In this document: piece by piece, positions 28,559 through 40,517 of the stretch
Layout of the letters: each line of letters begins with the position of its first letter
How positions within the stretch are numbered: position 1 is the first letter of the stretch
Source of the DNA: Nemertoderma westbladi
Taxonomy: Eukaryota; Animalia; Xenacoelomorpha
NCBI GenBank assembly: GCA_032718475.1
Contig: JAUCBJ010006783.1
Coordinates: 7,455-71,454, forward strand
Length of the DNA stretch: 64,000 nt
Reading direction: 5' to 3'
The notes under the pieces: model-generated
Database searches by the model: none
Told to the model about the DNA's origin: nothing
The model's input: the letters and a program-made list of their open reading frames with translations, nothing else
Program-made: the position numbers and the translations under genes

Positions 28559-31500
28559 GGGCTCACTAGAGTAGTCTGGTTGGGTGGGCTCATTAGAGTA
28601 GTCTGGTTGGGTGGACTCACTAGAGTAGTCTGGTTTGGTGAGCTCACAGAGTAGTCTGGTTGGGTGGGCTGACTACAGAGTAGTCTGGTTGGGTGGGCTC
28701 ACTAGAGCAATCTGGTTGGGTGGGCTCACTACAGTAGTCTGGTTGGGTGGGCTCACTAGAGTAGTCTGGTTGGTTGGGTGGGTTTACTAGAGTAGTCTGG
28801 TTGGGTGGGCTCACTAGAGTAGTCTGGTTGGGTGGGCTCACTATAGAGTAATCGGTTGGGTGGGCTCACTAGAGTAGTCTGTTGGGTGGGCTCACTAGAG
28901 TAGTCTGGTTGTGTGTGCTCACTAGAGTAGTCTGGTTGGGTGGGCTCACTAGAGTAGTCTGGTTGGGTGGGCTCACTAGAGTAGTCGGCTGGGTGGGCTC
29001 ACTAGAGTAGTCTGGTTGTGTGGGCTCACTAGAGTAGTCTAGTTGGGTGGGCTCACTAGAGTAGTCTGGTTGGGTGGGCTCACTAGAGTAGTCTGGTTGG
29101 GTGGGCTCACTAGATTAGTTTGGTTGGGTGGGCTCACTAGAGTAGTCTGGTTGGGTGGGCTCACAGAGTAGTCTGGTTGGGTGGGCTCACTACAGAGTAG
29201 TCTGGTTGGGTGGGCTCACTAGAGCAATCTGGTTGGGTGGGCTCACTAGAATAGTCTGGTTGCGTGGGCTCACTAGAGTAGTCTGGTTAGGTGGGCTCAC
29301 TAGAGTAGTCTGGTTGTGTGGGCTCACTAGAGTAGTCTGGTTGGGTGGGCTCACTAGAGTAGTCTGGTTGGGTGGGCTCACTAGAGTAGTCTGGTTGGGT
29401 GGGCTCACTAGAGTAGTCTGGTTGGGTGGGCTCACTAGAGTAGTCTGGTTGGGTGGGTCCACTAGAGTAGTCTGGTTGGGTGGGCTCACTAGAGTAGTCT
29501 GGTTGGGTGGGCTCACTAGAGTAGTCTGGTTGGGTGGGTCCACTAGAGTAGTCTGGTTGGGTGGGCTCACTAGAGTAGTCTGTTTGGGTGGGTCCACTAG
29601 AGTAGTCTGGTTTGGTGGGTGGGTTCACTAGAGTAGTCTGGTTGGGTGGGCTCACTAGAGTAGTCTGGTTGGGTGGGCTCACTAGAGTAGTCTGGTTAGG
29701 TGGGCTCACTAGAGTAGTATGGTTGGGTGGGTCCACTAGAGTAGTCTGGTTGGGTGGGCTCACTAGAGTAGTCTGGTTGGGTGGGCTCACTAGAGTAGTC
29801 TGGTTGGGTGGGTCCACTAGAGTAGTCTGGTTGGGTGGGCTCACTAGAGTAGTCTGGTTGGGTGAGTCCACTAGAGTAGTCTGGTTGGGTGGGCTCACTA
29901 GAGTAGTCTGGTTGGGTGGGCTCACTAGAGTAGTCTGGTTGGTTGGGCTCACTAGAGTAGTCTGGTTGTGTGGGCTCACTAAGAGTAGTCTGGTTGGGTG
30001 CGCTCACTAAAGTAGTCGGGTTGGGTGGGCTCACTAGAGTAGTCTGGTTGGGTGGGCTCACTAGAGTAGTCTGGTTGGGTGGGCTCACTAGAGTAGTCTG
30101 GTTGGGTGGGTCCACTAGAGTAGTCTGGTTGGGTGGGCTCACTAGAGTAGTGTGTTTGGGTGGGCTCACTAGAGTAGTCTGGTTGGGTGGGTCCACTAGA
30201 GTAGTCTGGTTGGTTGGGCTCACTAGAGAAGTCTGGTTGGGTGGGCTCACTAGAGTAGTCTGGTTGGGTGGGCTCACTAGAGTAGTCTGGTTGGGTGGGT
30301 CCACTAGAGTAGTCTGGTTGGGTGGGCTCACTAGAGTAGTCTGGTTGGGTGGGCTCACTAGAGTAGTCTGGTTGGGTGGGTCCACTAGAGTAGTCTGGTT
30401 GGGTGGGCTCACTAGAGTAGTCTGGTTGGGTGGGTCCACTAGAGTAGTCTGGTTGGGTGGGCTCACTAGAGTAGTCTGGTTGGGTGGACTCACTAGAGTA
30501 GTCTGGTTTGGTGAGCTCACAGAGTAGTCTGGTTGGGTGGGCTCACTACAGAGTAGTCTGGTTGGGTGGGCTCACTAGAGCAATCTGGTTGGGTGGACTC
30601 ACTAGAGCAATCTGGTCGGGTGGGCTCACTGGAGTAGTCTGGTTGGGTGGGCTCACTAGATTAGTCTGGTTAGGTGGGCTCATTATAGTAGTCTGGTTGG
30701 GTGACTCACTAGAGTAGTCTGGTTGGGTGGGCTCACTAGAGTAGTCTGGTTGGGTGGGCTCACTAGAGTAGTCTGGTTGGGTGGGCTCCACTAGAGTAGT
30801 CTGGTTGGGTGGGCTCACTAGAGTAGTCTGGTTGGGTGGGTCCACTAGAGTAGTCTGGTTGGGTGGGCTCACTAGAGTAGTCTGGTTGGGTGGACTCACT
30901 AGAGTAGTCTGGTTTGGTGAGCTCACAGAGTAGTCTGGTTGGGTGGGCTCACTACAGAGTAGTCTGGTTGGGTGGGCTCACTATAGCAATCTGGTTGGGT
31001 GGACTCACTGGAGCAATCTGGTTGGGTGGGCTCACTAGAATAGTCTGGTTGCGTGGGCTCACTAGAGTAGTCTGGTTGGGTGGGCTCACTAGAGTAGTCT
31101 GGTTGGGTGGGTCCACTAGAGTAGTCTGGTTGGGTGGGCTCACTAGAGTAGTCTGGTTGGGTGGGTCCACTAGAGTAGTCTGGTTGGGTGGGCTCACTAG
31201 AGTAGTCTGGTTGGGTGGGCTCACTAGAGTAGTCTGGTTGGGTGGGCTCACAGAGTAGTCTGGTTGGGTGGGCTCACTACAGAGTAGTCTGGTTGGGTGG
31301 GCTCACTAGAGCAATCTGGTTGGGTGGGCTCACTAGAATAGTCTGGTTGCGTGGGCTCACTAGAGTAGTCTGGTTAGGTGGGCTCACTAGAGTAGTCTGG
31401 TTGTGTGGGCTCACTAGAGTAGTCTGGTTGGGTGGGCTCACTAGAGTAGTCTGGTTGGGTGCGCTCACTAAAGTAGTCGGGTTGGGTGGGCTCACTAGAG

Positions 31501-34500
31501 TAGTCTGGTTGGGTGGGCTCACTAGAGTAGTCTGGTTGGGTGGGCTCACTAGAGTAGTCTGGTTGGGTGGGTCCACTAGAGTAGTCTGGTTGGGTGGGCT
31601 CACTAGAGTAGTCTGTTTGGGTGGGCTCACTAGAGTAGTCTGGTTGGGTGGGTCCACTAGAGTAGTCTGGTTGGTTGGGCTCACTAGAGAAGTCTGGTTG
31701 GGTGGGCTCACTAGAGTAGTCTGGTTGGGTGGGCTCACTAGAGTAGTCTGGTTGGGTGGGTCCACTAGAGTAGTCTGGTTGGGTGGGCTCACTAGAGTAG
31801 TCTGGTTGGGTGGGCTCACTAGAGTAGTCTGGTTGGGTGGGTCCACTAGAGTAGTCTGGTTGGGTGGGCTCACTAGAGTAGTCTGGTTGGGTGGGTCCAC
31901 TAGAGTAGTCTGGTTGGGTGGGCTCACTAGAGTAGTCTGGTTGGGTGGACTCACTAGAGTAGTCTGGTTTGGTGAGCTCACAGAGTAGTCTGGTTGGGTG
32001 GGCTCACTACAGAGTAGTCTGGTTGGGTGGGCTCACTAGAGCAATCTGGTTGGGTGGACTCACTAGAGCAATCTGGTCGGGTGGGCTCACTAGAGTAGTC
32101 TGGTTGGGTGGGCTCACTAGATTAGTCTGGTTAGGTGGGCTCATTATAGTAGTCTGGTTGGGTGACTCACTAGAGTAGTCTGGTTGGGTGGGCTCACTAG
32201 AGTAGTCTGGTTGGGTGGGCTCACTAGAGTAGTCTGGTTGGGTGGGTCCACTAGAGTAGTCTGGTTGGATGGGCTCACTAGAGTAGTCTGGTTGGGTGGG
32301 TCCACTAGAGTAGTCTGGTTGGGTGGGCTCACTAGAGTAGTCTGGTTGGGTGGACTCACTAGAGTAGTCTGGTTTGGTGAGCTCACAGAGTAGTCTGGTT
32401 GGGTGGGCTCACTACAGAGTAGTCTGGTTGGGTGGGCTCACTATAGCAATCTGGTTGGGTGGACTCACTGGAGCAATCTGGTTGGGTGGGCTCACTAGAA
32501 TAGTCTGGTTGCGTGGGCTCACTAGAGTAGTCTGGTTGGGTGGGCTCACTAGAGTAGTCTGGTTGGGTGGGTCCACTAGAGTAGTCTGGTTGGGTGGGCT
32601 CACTAGAGTAGTGTGGTTGGGTGGGTCCACTAGAGTAGTCTGGTTGGGTGGGCTCACTAGAGTAGTCTGGTTGGGTGGGCTCACTAGAGTAGTCTGGTTG
32701 GGTGGGCTCACAGAGTAGTCTGGTTGGGTGGGCTCACTACAGAGTAGTCTGGTTGGGTGGGCTCACTAGAGCAATCTGGTTGGGTGGTCTCACTAGAATA
32801 GTCTGGTTGCGTGGGCTCACTAGAGTAGTCTGGTTAGGTGGGCTCACTAGAGTAGTCTGGTTGTGTGGGCTCACTAGAGTAGTCTGGTTGGGTGGGCTCA
32901 CTAGAGTAGTCTGGTTGGGTGGGCTCACTAGAGTAGTCTGGTTGGGTGGGCTCACTAGAGTAGTCTGGTTGGGTGGGCTCACTAGAGTAGTCTGGTTGGG
33001 TGGGTCCACTAGAGTAGTCTGGTTGGGTGGGCTCACTAGAGTAGTCTGGTTGGGTGGGCTCACTAGAGTAGTCTGGTTGGGTGGGTCCACTAGAGTAGTC
33101 TGGTTGGGTGGGCTCACTAGAGTAGTCTGTTTGGGTGGGTCCACTAGAGTAGTCTGGTTGGGTGGGTGGGTTCACTAGAGTAGTCTGGTTGGGTGGGCTC
33201 ACTAGAGTAGCCTGGTTAGGTGGGCTCACTAGAGTAGTCTGGTTAGGTGGGCTCACTAGAGTAGTCTGGTTGGGTGGGTCCACTAGAGTAGTCTGGTTGG
33301 GTGGGCTCACTAGAGTAGTCTGGTTGGGTGGGCTCACTAGAGTAGTCTGGTTGGGTGGGTCCACTAGAGTAGTCTGGTTGGGTGGGCTCACTAGAGTAGT
33401 CTGGTTGGGTGGACTCACTAGAGTAGTCTGGTTTGGTGAGCTCACAGAGTAGTCTGGTTGGGTGGGCTCACTACAGAGTAGTCTGGTTGGGTGGGCTCAC
33501 TAGAGCAATCTGGTTGGGTGGGCTCACTAGAATAGTCTGGTTGGGTGGGCTCACTAGAGCAATCTGGTTGGGTGGGCTCACTAGAATAGTCTGTTTGCGT
33601 GGGCTCACTAGAGTAGTCTGGTTAGGTGGGCTCACTAGAGTAGTCTGGTTGGGTGGGCTCACTAGAGTAGTCTGGTTGGGTGGGCTCACTAGAGTAGTCT
33701 GGTTGGGTGGGCTCACTAGAGTAGTCTGGTTGGGTGGGTCCACTAGAGTAGTCTGGTTGGGTGGGCTCACTAGAGTAGTCTGGTTGGGTGGGCTCACTAG
33801 AGTAGTCTGGTTGGGTGGGTCCACTAGAGTAGTCTGGTTGGGTGGGCTCACTAGAGGAGTCTGTTTGGGTGGGTCCACTAGAGTAGTCTGGTTGGGTGGG
33901 TGGGTTCACTAGAGTAGTCTGGTTGGGTGGGCTCACTAGAGTAGCCTGGTTAGGTGGGCTCACTAGAGTAGTCTGGTTAGGTGGGCTCACTAGAGTAGTC
34001 TGGTTGGGTGGGTCCACTAGAGTAGTCTGGTTGGGTGGGCTCACTAGAGTAGTCTGGTTGGGTGGGCTCACTAGAGTAGTCTGGCAGGGTGGGTCCACTA
34101 GAGTAGTCTGGTTGGGTGGGCTCACTAGAGTAGTCTGGTTGGGTGGGTCCACTAGAGTAGTCTGGTTGGGTGGGCTCACTAGAGTAGTCTGGTTGGGTGG
34201 GCTCACTAGAGTAGTCTGGTTGGTTGGGCTCACTAGAGTAGTCTGGTTGTGTGGGCTCACTAAGAGTAGTCTGGTTGGGTGCGCTCACTAAAGTAGTCGG
34301 GTTGGGTGGGCTCACTAGAGTAGTCTGGTTGGGTGGGCTCACTAGAGTAGTCTGGTTGGGTGGGCTCACTAGAGTAGTCTGGTTGGGTGGGTCCACTAGA
34401 GTAGTCTGGTTGGTTGGGCTCACTAGAGTAGTCTGTTTGGGTGGGCTCACTAGAGTAGTCTGGTTGGGTGGGTCCACTAGAGTAGTCTGGTTGGTTGGGC

Positions 34501-35882
34501 TCACTAGAGAAGTCTGGTTGGGTGGGCTCACTAGAGTAGTCTGGTTGGGTGGGCTCACTAGAGTAGTCTGGTTGGGTGGGTCCACTAGAGTAGTCTGGTT
34601 GGGTGGGCTCACTAGAGTAGTCTGGTTGGGTGGGCTCACTAGATTAGTCTGGTTGGGTGGGTCCACTAGAGTAGTCTGGTTGGGTGGGCTCACTAGAGTA
34701 GTCTGGTTGGGTGGGTCCACTAGAGTAGTCTGGTTGGGTGGGCTCACTAGAGTAGTCTGGTTGGGTGGACTCACTAGAGTAGTCTGGTTTGGTGAGCTCA
34801 CAGAGTAGTCTGGTTGGGTGGGCTCACTACAGAGTAGTCTGGTTGGGTGGGCTCACTAGAGTAGTCTGGTTGTGTGGGCTCACTAGAGTAGTCTGGTTGG
34901 GTGGGCTCACTAGAGTAGTCTGGTTGGGTGGGCTCACTAGAGTAGTCTGGTTGGGTGGGCTCACTAGAGTAGTCTGGTTGGGTGGGCTCACTAGAGTAGT
35001 CTGGTTGGGTGGGCTCACTAGAGTAGTCTGGTTGGGTGGGCTCACTAGAGTAGTCTGGTTGGGTGGGTCCACTAGAGTAGTCTGGTTGGGTGGGCTCACT
35101 AGAGCAATCTGTTTGGGTGGACTCACTAGAGCAATCTGGTCGGGTGGGCTCACTAGAGTAGTCTGGTTGGGTGGGCTCACTAGAGTAGTCTGGTTGGGTG
35201 GGCTCATTAGAGTAGTCTGGTTGGGTGGACTCACTAGAGTAGTCTGGTTGGGTGGGCTCACTAGAGTAGTCTGGTTGGGTGGGCTCACTAGAGTAGTCTG
35301 GTTGGGTGGGTCCACTAGAGTAGTCTGGTTGGGTGGGCTCACTAGAGTAGTCTGGTTGGGTGTGTCCACTAGAGTAGTCTGGTTGGGTGGGCTCACTAGA
35401 GTAGTCTGGTTGGGTGGACTCACTAGAGTAGTCTGGTTTGGTGAGCTCACAGAGTAGTCTGGTTGGGTGGGCTCACTACAGAGTAGTCTGGTTGGGTGGG
35501 CTCACTAGAGCAATCTGGTTGGGTGGACTCACTAGAGCAATCTGGTCTGGTGGGCTCACTAGAGTAGTCTGGTTGGGTGGGCTCACTAGAGTAGTCTGGT
35601 TGGGTGGGCTCACTAGAGTAGTCTGGTTGGGTGGACTCACTAGAGTAGTCTGGTTTGGTGAGCTCACAGAGTAGTCTGGTTGGGTGGGCTGACTACAGAG
35701 TAGTCTGGTTGGGTGGGCTCACTAGAGCAATCTGGTTGGGTGGGCTCACTACAGTAGTCTGGTTGGGTGGGCTCACTAGAGTAGTCTGGTTAGGTGGGCT
35801 CACTAGAGTAGTCTGATTGGGTGGGCTCACTAGAGTAGTCTGGTTGCGTGGGTCCACTAGAGTAGTCTTGTTGGGTAAGCTC
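28559..35882. repeat. G-rich 27-bp tandem satellite, right part, intronic
   Basis: The same unit resumes in register after the Copia TSD. The last unit is degenerate (AGTAGTCTTGTTGGGTAAGCTCA). Confidence 0.99.
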
Positions 35883-37429
35883 ATCAATACGAAATTGTAT
35901 CTGGATCAAAAATGTAAAGTCTTAAATTTTCTTCGGCCGTTAGGCCAGGCATGGGGACGCACAAAGTTTGACGACTTATTCCCAGTGCGGTCCCCCCTAA
36001 CTATATATTCCCCACAGGAAGGTCCATACTCATTTAGCTACTATTTATGGATGCCATGCAGAGGTGCGCCCTGGCTAGACCCTGCAAAGCATTCGTGCCG
36101 AAACGATAACCGATCTGGACCCCATGAGGGGGTTGAACCCATGCGGGGGACCCCGAAGATCGGCACAGGATCGAACCCAAAATACCAAACGAATCGCTGC
36201 CAATTTCGATTCATTACTTTTATCGCCTCATGTCGTCGGTGCATTTTAACAAGTCGCATGAGTGTCTGATAACTTATAATTCAACCAAAATATTACGATA
36301 TATTAATAACAATATTATTTTTTATTATGTTCAATTGGGTCAAGTCTGGGATTTTCACTCACTTTACGACATGTTGTTATATTATTTTGTAACAGTGAAC
36401 CCTATTAGACACTTAGGGAGTGGCCTTAACTAACTATAAAGATTATTATTCGTTGTACTTCTAGTAATGTAAGAACTGAGCATGTCTTTAGTGAACCACA
36501 CCCTGTTTATTGGTATCCATTTATACTTGGTGCCCCAGCTGCATCCACTGCTCAATTCTAACGCCCAATAAACGAGGCAGTACAACTTGATACATTATTA
36601 TAGGGATTCTCGCATGGATGACAGAATGCTGTTGTTTCTTTTGTGTAAAGGTGCCGCCGCCTTAAGGGGTGTGTAGCTAATGGGGGGGAATACTATACTG
36701 ATATATTGTTTTAAAGTAGTGTGAATATTATTATCGAATTGGTGTTAGTTTTTTTGTAGTTAAAAGGTGGGCAAAATATATCTCGTGTTAATTAATAACC
36801 ATTACCGGTACTCAACAACAAATAAATCCAAAATCAAGTAACGATGGAATTCACTATGCGACCACTAAGCCACGAGAAGAATACCAGGTTTTTCACCAAG
36901 AACGCAGGTTACAGAAGGGCTGAATCTAACCAAAACAATAAACCAATTAGTATATGTACAGGTTATAACACAGAAATAAGCGCTAAAGCATTTAATAAAG
37001 TTAAATTAAAAAAATAAAAAATCTTCATATATAAAATCCAAATAAAAAGTCGACCGAAAAGTGAAAAAAAAAGAAATCTTGGTATTCTTCACATGGGCGC
37101 CACGAAGTATCTCCCACTATATATTAATATATGGAAGGAAGGGGAGGGGAGGGGTGGGGGGCTGTCGGGGTAATCCATCAAAGTATCAGTTTCAGTGGTA
37201 AAACCCTTTATTTTATTGGCTATACTACTGTAGTTGGTTGATATAGTCATATGAATGAGGTTGTAGTTCATCGAGGAATATTTTCCACCACATTAAAATT
37301 AAAACCTTATTTTTTTATATGATCTGTTTGATCTCGATAAGGTAAATTCGTGTTATTTACACTGGGAGGGTCAGAAACTCATGTAAACGACTATTAATTC
37401 CAGTGGTTATTTATCATTATTATCTTTAG

Positions 37430-37842
37430 GGGAGACAGTAACAGTTCGAGTACCGACTCACGACCAAGGTTCCTGTCTGTTCTGGGAGTTCGCGACAGAC
37501 TCCTACGATATCGGGTTCGGTCTCTACTTCGAGTGGACCGTGGCCGCGAGCAACACGGTCAGCGTCCACGTCAGCGAGGACGACTCGTTCGACGAAGAGG
37601 AAGATGAAGATGAGGATCGCGACCGCACGGACCCCGAGGTCGGTGGTGGGAGCGCCACCCAGCGGGCCTCCCGGGTACCCACCGACGAGGTGATCCCGGT
37701 ATACCGACGCGACTGCCACACAGAGGTCTACGTCGGCTCGCACATCTACCCCGGCCGCGGGGTCTACCTACTGAAGTTCGATAACTCGTACTCGTTGTTC
37801 CGGGGGAAGACTCTCTATTACCGGGTCTATTATACGCGGTGA
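37430..37842 (+). CDS. ACBD3: ACBD3/GCP60 terminal coding exon (GOLD domain)
   Basis: Acceptor TATCTTTAG|GG. Translation [35 protein letters not shown]...VSVHVSE(acidic run)...[52 protein letters not shown] matches the recalled ACBD3 C-terminus. The YYRVYYTR ending favours ACBD3 over the paralogue TMED8. Confidence 0.95.
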
Positions 37843-39005
37843 CCTGTGTTGGGGGGTCTGTGACGGGGCAGTAAGTGAACAGCTACACAGGGATATTGCA
37901 GTTGGTAGGGGTGGGAGACACCATAATACCGGTATGCGAAACTGACAATAATTGCTATTTATTTATTTATTTATTACTGAGTTCGTAGTCTCTACGAATT
38001 TTCTATTATTATCCAGCCACTTCAACACGCTAAGCCGTTGTGGAAAATCGATTCTTGTTTATAAAAATATTTTTTACCAAATACTAAAGTGATGCCAGTA
38101 AGTAAATTACTTTACTTTATTAAATTAACGTCCTTAGTAATTTCGAGTTATTTACTTTATTAGCTGTACGTAAATTCAATAGAGAAGTAATTTAAACTTT
38201 ACAGCTCTTTAAAGTATAAACTGGTATATTTGTACAATGAAACGGTTTCACCACAAACACGGCCTTGGCATCAATCCATACAGATACCGGTAACACCTAC
38301 CTTATGGTATAGACAATGTTTTAGATTTTAACTTTCCCATATTGGCCGTCAGCAAGACCTTCACTGCCGTGAAAAGGTAAAGCACCCAATCTAAAAAAAA
38401 ATCGAAAATGTTATTATTTCACATTCTAATGTGATTTTGTGCGCCCTTTCATTTGAGCTGTATCATAAAATCCCATTCCTGTAGCAAAGTGATGTTTCTG
38501 ATATAAAAACACCCTATTTAGTCTGTCTGTTACCTATAGTTTCTGATTAAAAACACCCTATTTATTCTGTTACCTATAACAAGGAAGAACACATACTTTC
38601 TAAAATATAGGGTGTTTTCCCCCAAACATAATAAACTTACTTTATTCGGCGACTTCATAGATATAGAGTAATTAGCATAGCACTGGGATTTCCGCTATGT
38701 AAAAACACCCTATATTACTGAAATCTATTGTGATTGGATAATTAAATATATTCAAAAACGTGTCATTGGTTAAATTATATAGGAACATTTGATTGTAGCC
38801 GTGATACACCAGTGCGACTCTGTAACAATAGGTATTATAATATCTCTTATAGGATTTCCAGACAAAGTAAAACAACCTAAGTAAAAAAATAGACACCCTA
38901 TAGCTTCATTTATCAATGTAGCCAAGGAAAAACACCCTAAGTGGGATAATTGTTGTTTTAATCAGATTATATTTTAAAAAGAAAATAATTTCAAAATGAC
39001 CCAAA

Positions 39006-40517
39006 TTAGAAATTACTACTACTACTAGGTCGAGCGAACTCGGACAGTGGAAATGAGATCCCTCCAGGCTTCCCGATTCTCCAACTACTACTACTAGGTC
39101 GAACTCGAGCAGTGGAAATGAGATCCTTCCAGGCTTCCCGATTATCCATAGTTGTCGTAATTTCGTTTCTCCCAAGTTCAGTATCCCTTTCAAGTTGATC
39201 TATATATGTTATGGCAGGTCGTCCACGACTACGCTTTCCATGAGTTGGTTGCCAGAAAAGTAGATCTGGTATGACCTCGTCTTTACTTCGCCAGCAGTGC
39301 CCACTGAATCTTAATCTGCGTTCACGGAGGGTGGTTGATACAGGTGGTATAGTACCATAGAGCTCGGTGTTTGTCATGTGTTGTCTCCAGCTGATGTTTA
39401 GGGCTGCCCTTAGTAGTCTTGTGTAGCAACCATCAATTCGTTGTTCAAGTGATTTAGTCAGTGTCCAGGTATCACCCCCGTATAAAAATGCACTTTCCAA
39501 TGTGGCTCGAAAGAACTTAGTCTTCAGGTACCTGGAGAGATCTGATTTCCAGATGGTATCCATTTTTGATAGAGCTACCCAAGCCTTTGCTTTCCTAACT
39601 TCTATGTCATTTTTACTACTCTCTATCCATGATCCAAGGTACTGGAAGTCGTCGACCTTCCTTAGTTGATTATTATCAATGGTTGTCAAGTTTCCATCAA
39701 CATTAAAGGTCATGAATTCGGTCTTAGTAGCATTTATATGCAATCCAACCTCCTTAGCAGCCCTCTCCACTTTATTTAGTAGAAGCTTTGAATCTGCTAG
39801 CGTATTAGAGAGCAGGGCGATGTCATCCGCAACGTCGGTGTTTGTGACTGTAGTTGCCGGATATCTACTACTTCTGCGTTCTTGAAGTGTGAATCCCAGA
39901 TATTCACCCTTTGTGGCCGTCCTCATTGCGTAATCCAGCACAATTACAAATAGTAATGGTGCTAATTTGTCACCTTGCAGTACGCCACCCAGGATTGAGA
40001 AAAACTCAGTTTCACCATCTGGTGAGAGTACCTGTGCTTCTGTCTCACAATATAACAATCCAATGCCAGACACAATTACTTCTGGTATTCCATAAGCTCT
40101 TAATATTTCAGGCATTTTGCCTCTATGGATGGAGTCGAATGCCCTCGTGAAGTCAACAAAAGTCATGACTGCGGGGAGATTCTTTGACTTAATTCCTTCA
40201 ATCAGTCTCAGTAGTGCAAGTATCTGAGCTATTGCTGATCTACTTGGTCGAAATCCGTTTTGGCTCTTACGCAGTAGTTTCTCTATGTGAGGCCTAATCC
40301 TATATAGAATCATTTTATTGTATATTTTGGCAGCTACCACAAGCAGACAGATCACACGATAGTTTGTTGGTATACCGAGGTCTCCTTACTTGGGGAGAGG
40401 CTTTAGTTGACCTTTAGTCCAAATTGATGGTGGCTTTTCCCCTTTTAACATCCGGTTGCAAACATTCAATAATGGTCTGTTTAGCACTCCGGTTTTCCAT
40501 ACCTCCGCTGGGATTTC
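39006..40517 (-). pseudogene. LINE reverse-transcriptase region (3' part of ORF2)
   Basis: ORF 39006-40355 has LINE RT motifs. The catalytic motif reads VADD rather than FADD/YADD, the natural stop appears lost, and the 5' part is separated by Copia. Confidence 0.88.

Noticed and set aside
12972-35882. CRISPR-like array, or recursive-splicing sites from CTCAC-TAG and the variant TTAG|GT
   Set aside because: There are no unique spacers and the context is eukaryotic. The units lack a polypyrimidine tract and strong donor consensus, so recursive splicing is unsupported without RNA data.
12925-35887. Dozens of repetitive ORFs (VVWLGGLTR / PPNQTTLVS / EPTQPDYSS), mucin-like in appearance
   Set aside because: They result from a 27-bp (3n) unit with stop-free frames on both strands. 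They have frequent frameshifting indels and no unique N- or C-terminus, and the region is an ACBD3 intron.
35890-36430. 150-aa ORF 35817-36269 and a possible GGCC-ended element in the ACBD3 intron
   Set aside because: The ORF starts in satellite and has no motifs. The inverted ends are too short and no TSD is evident.
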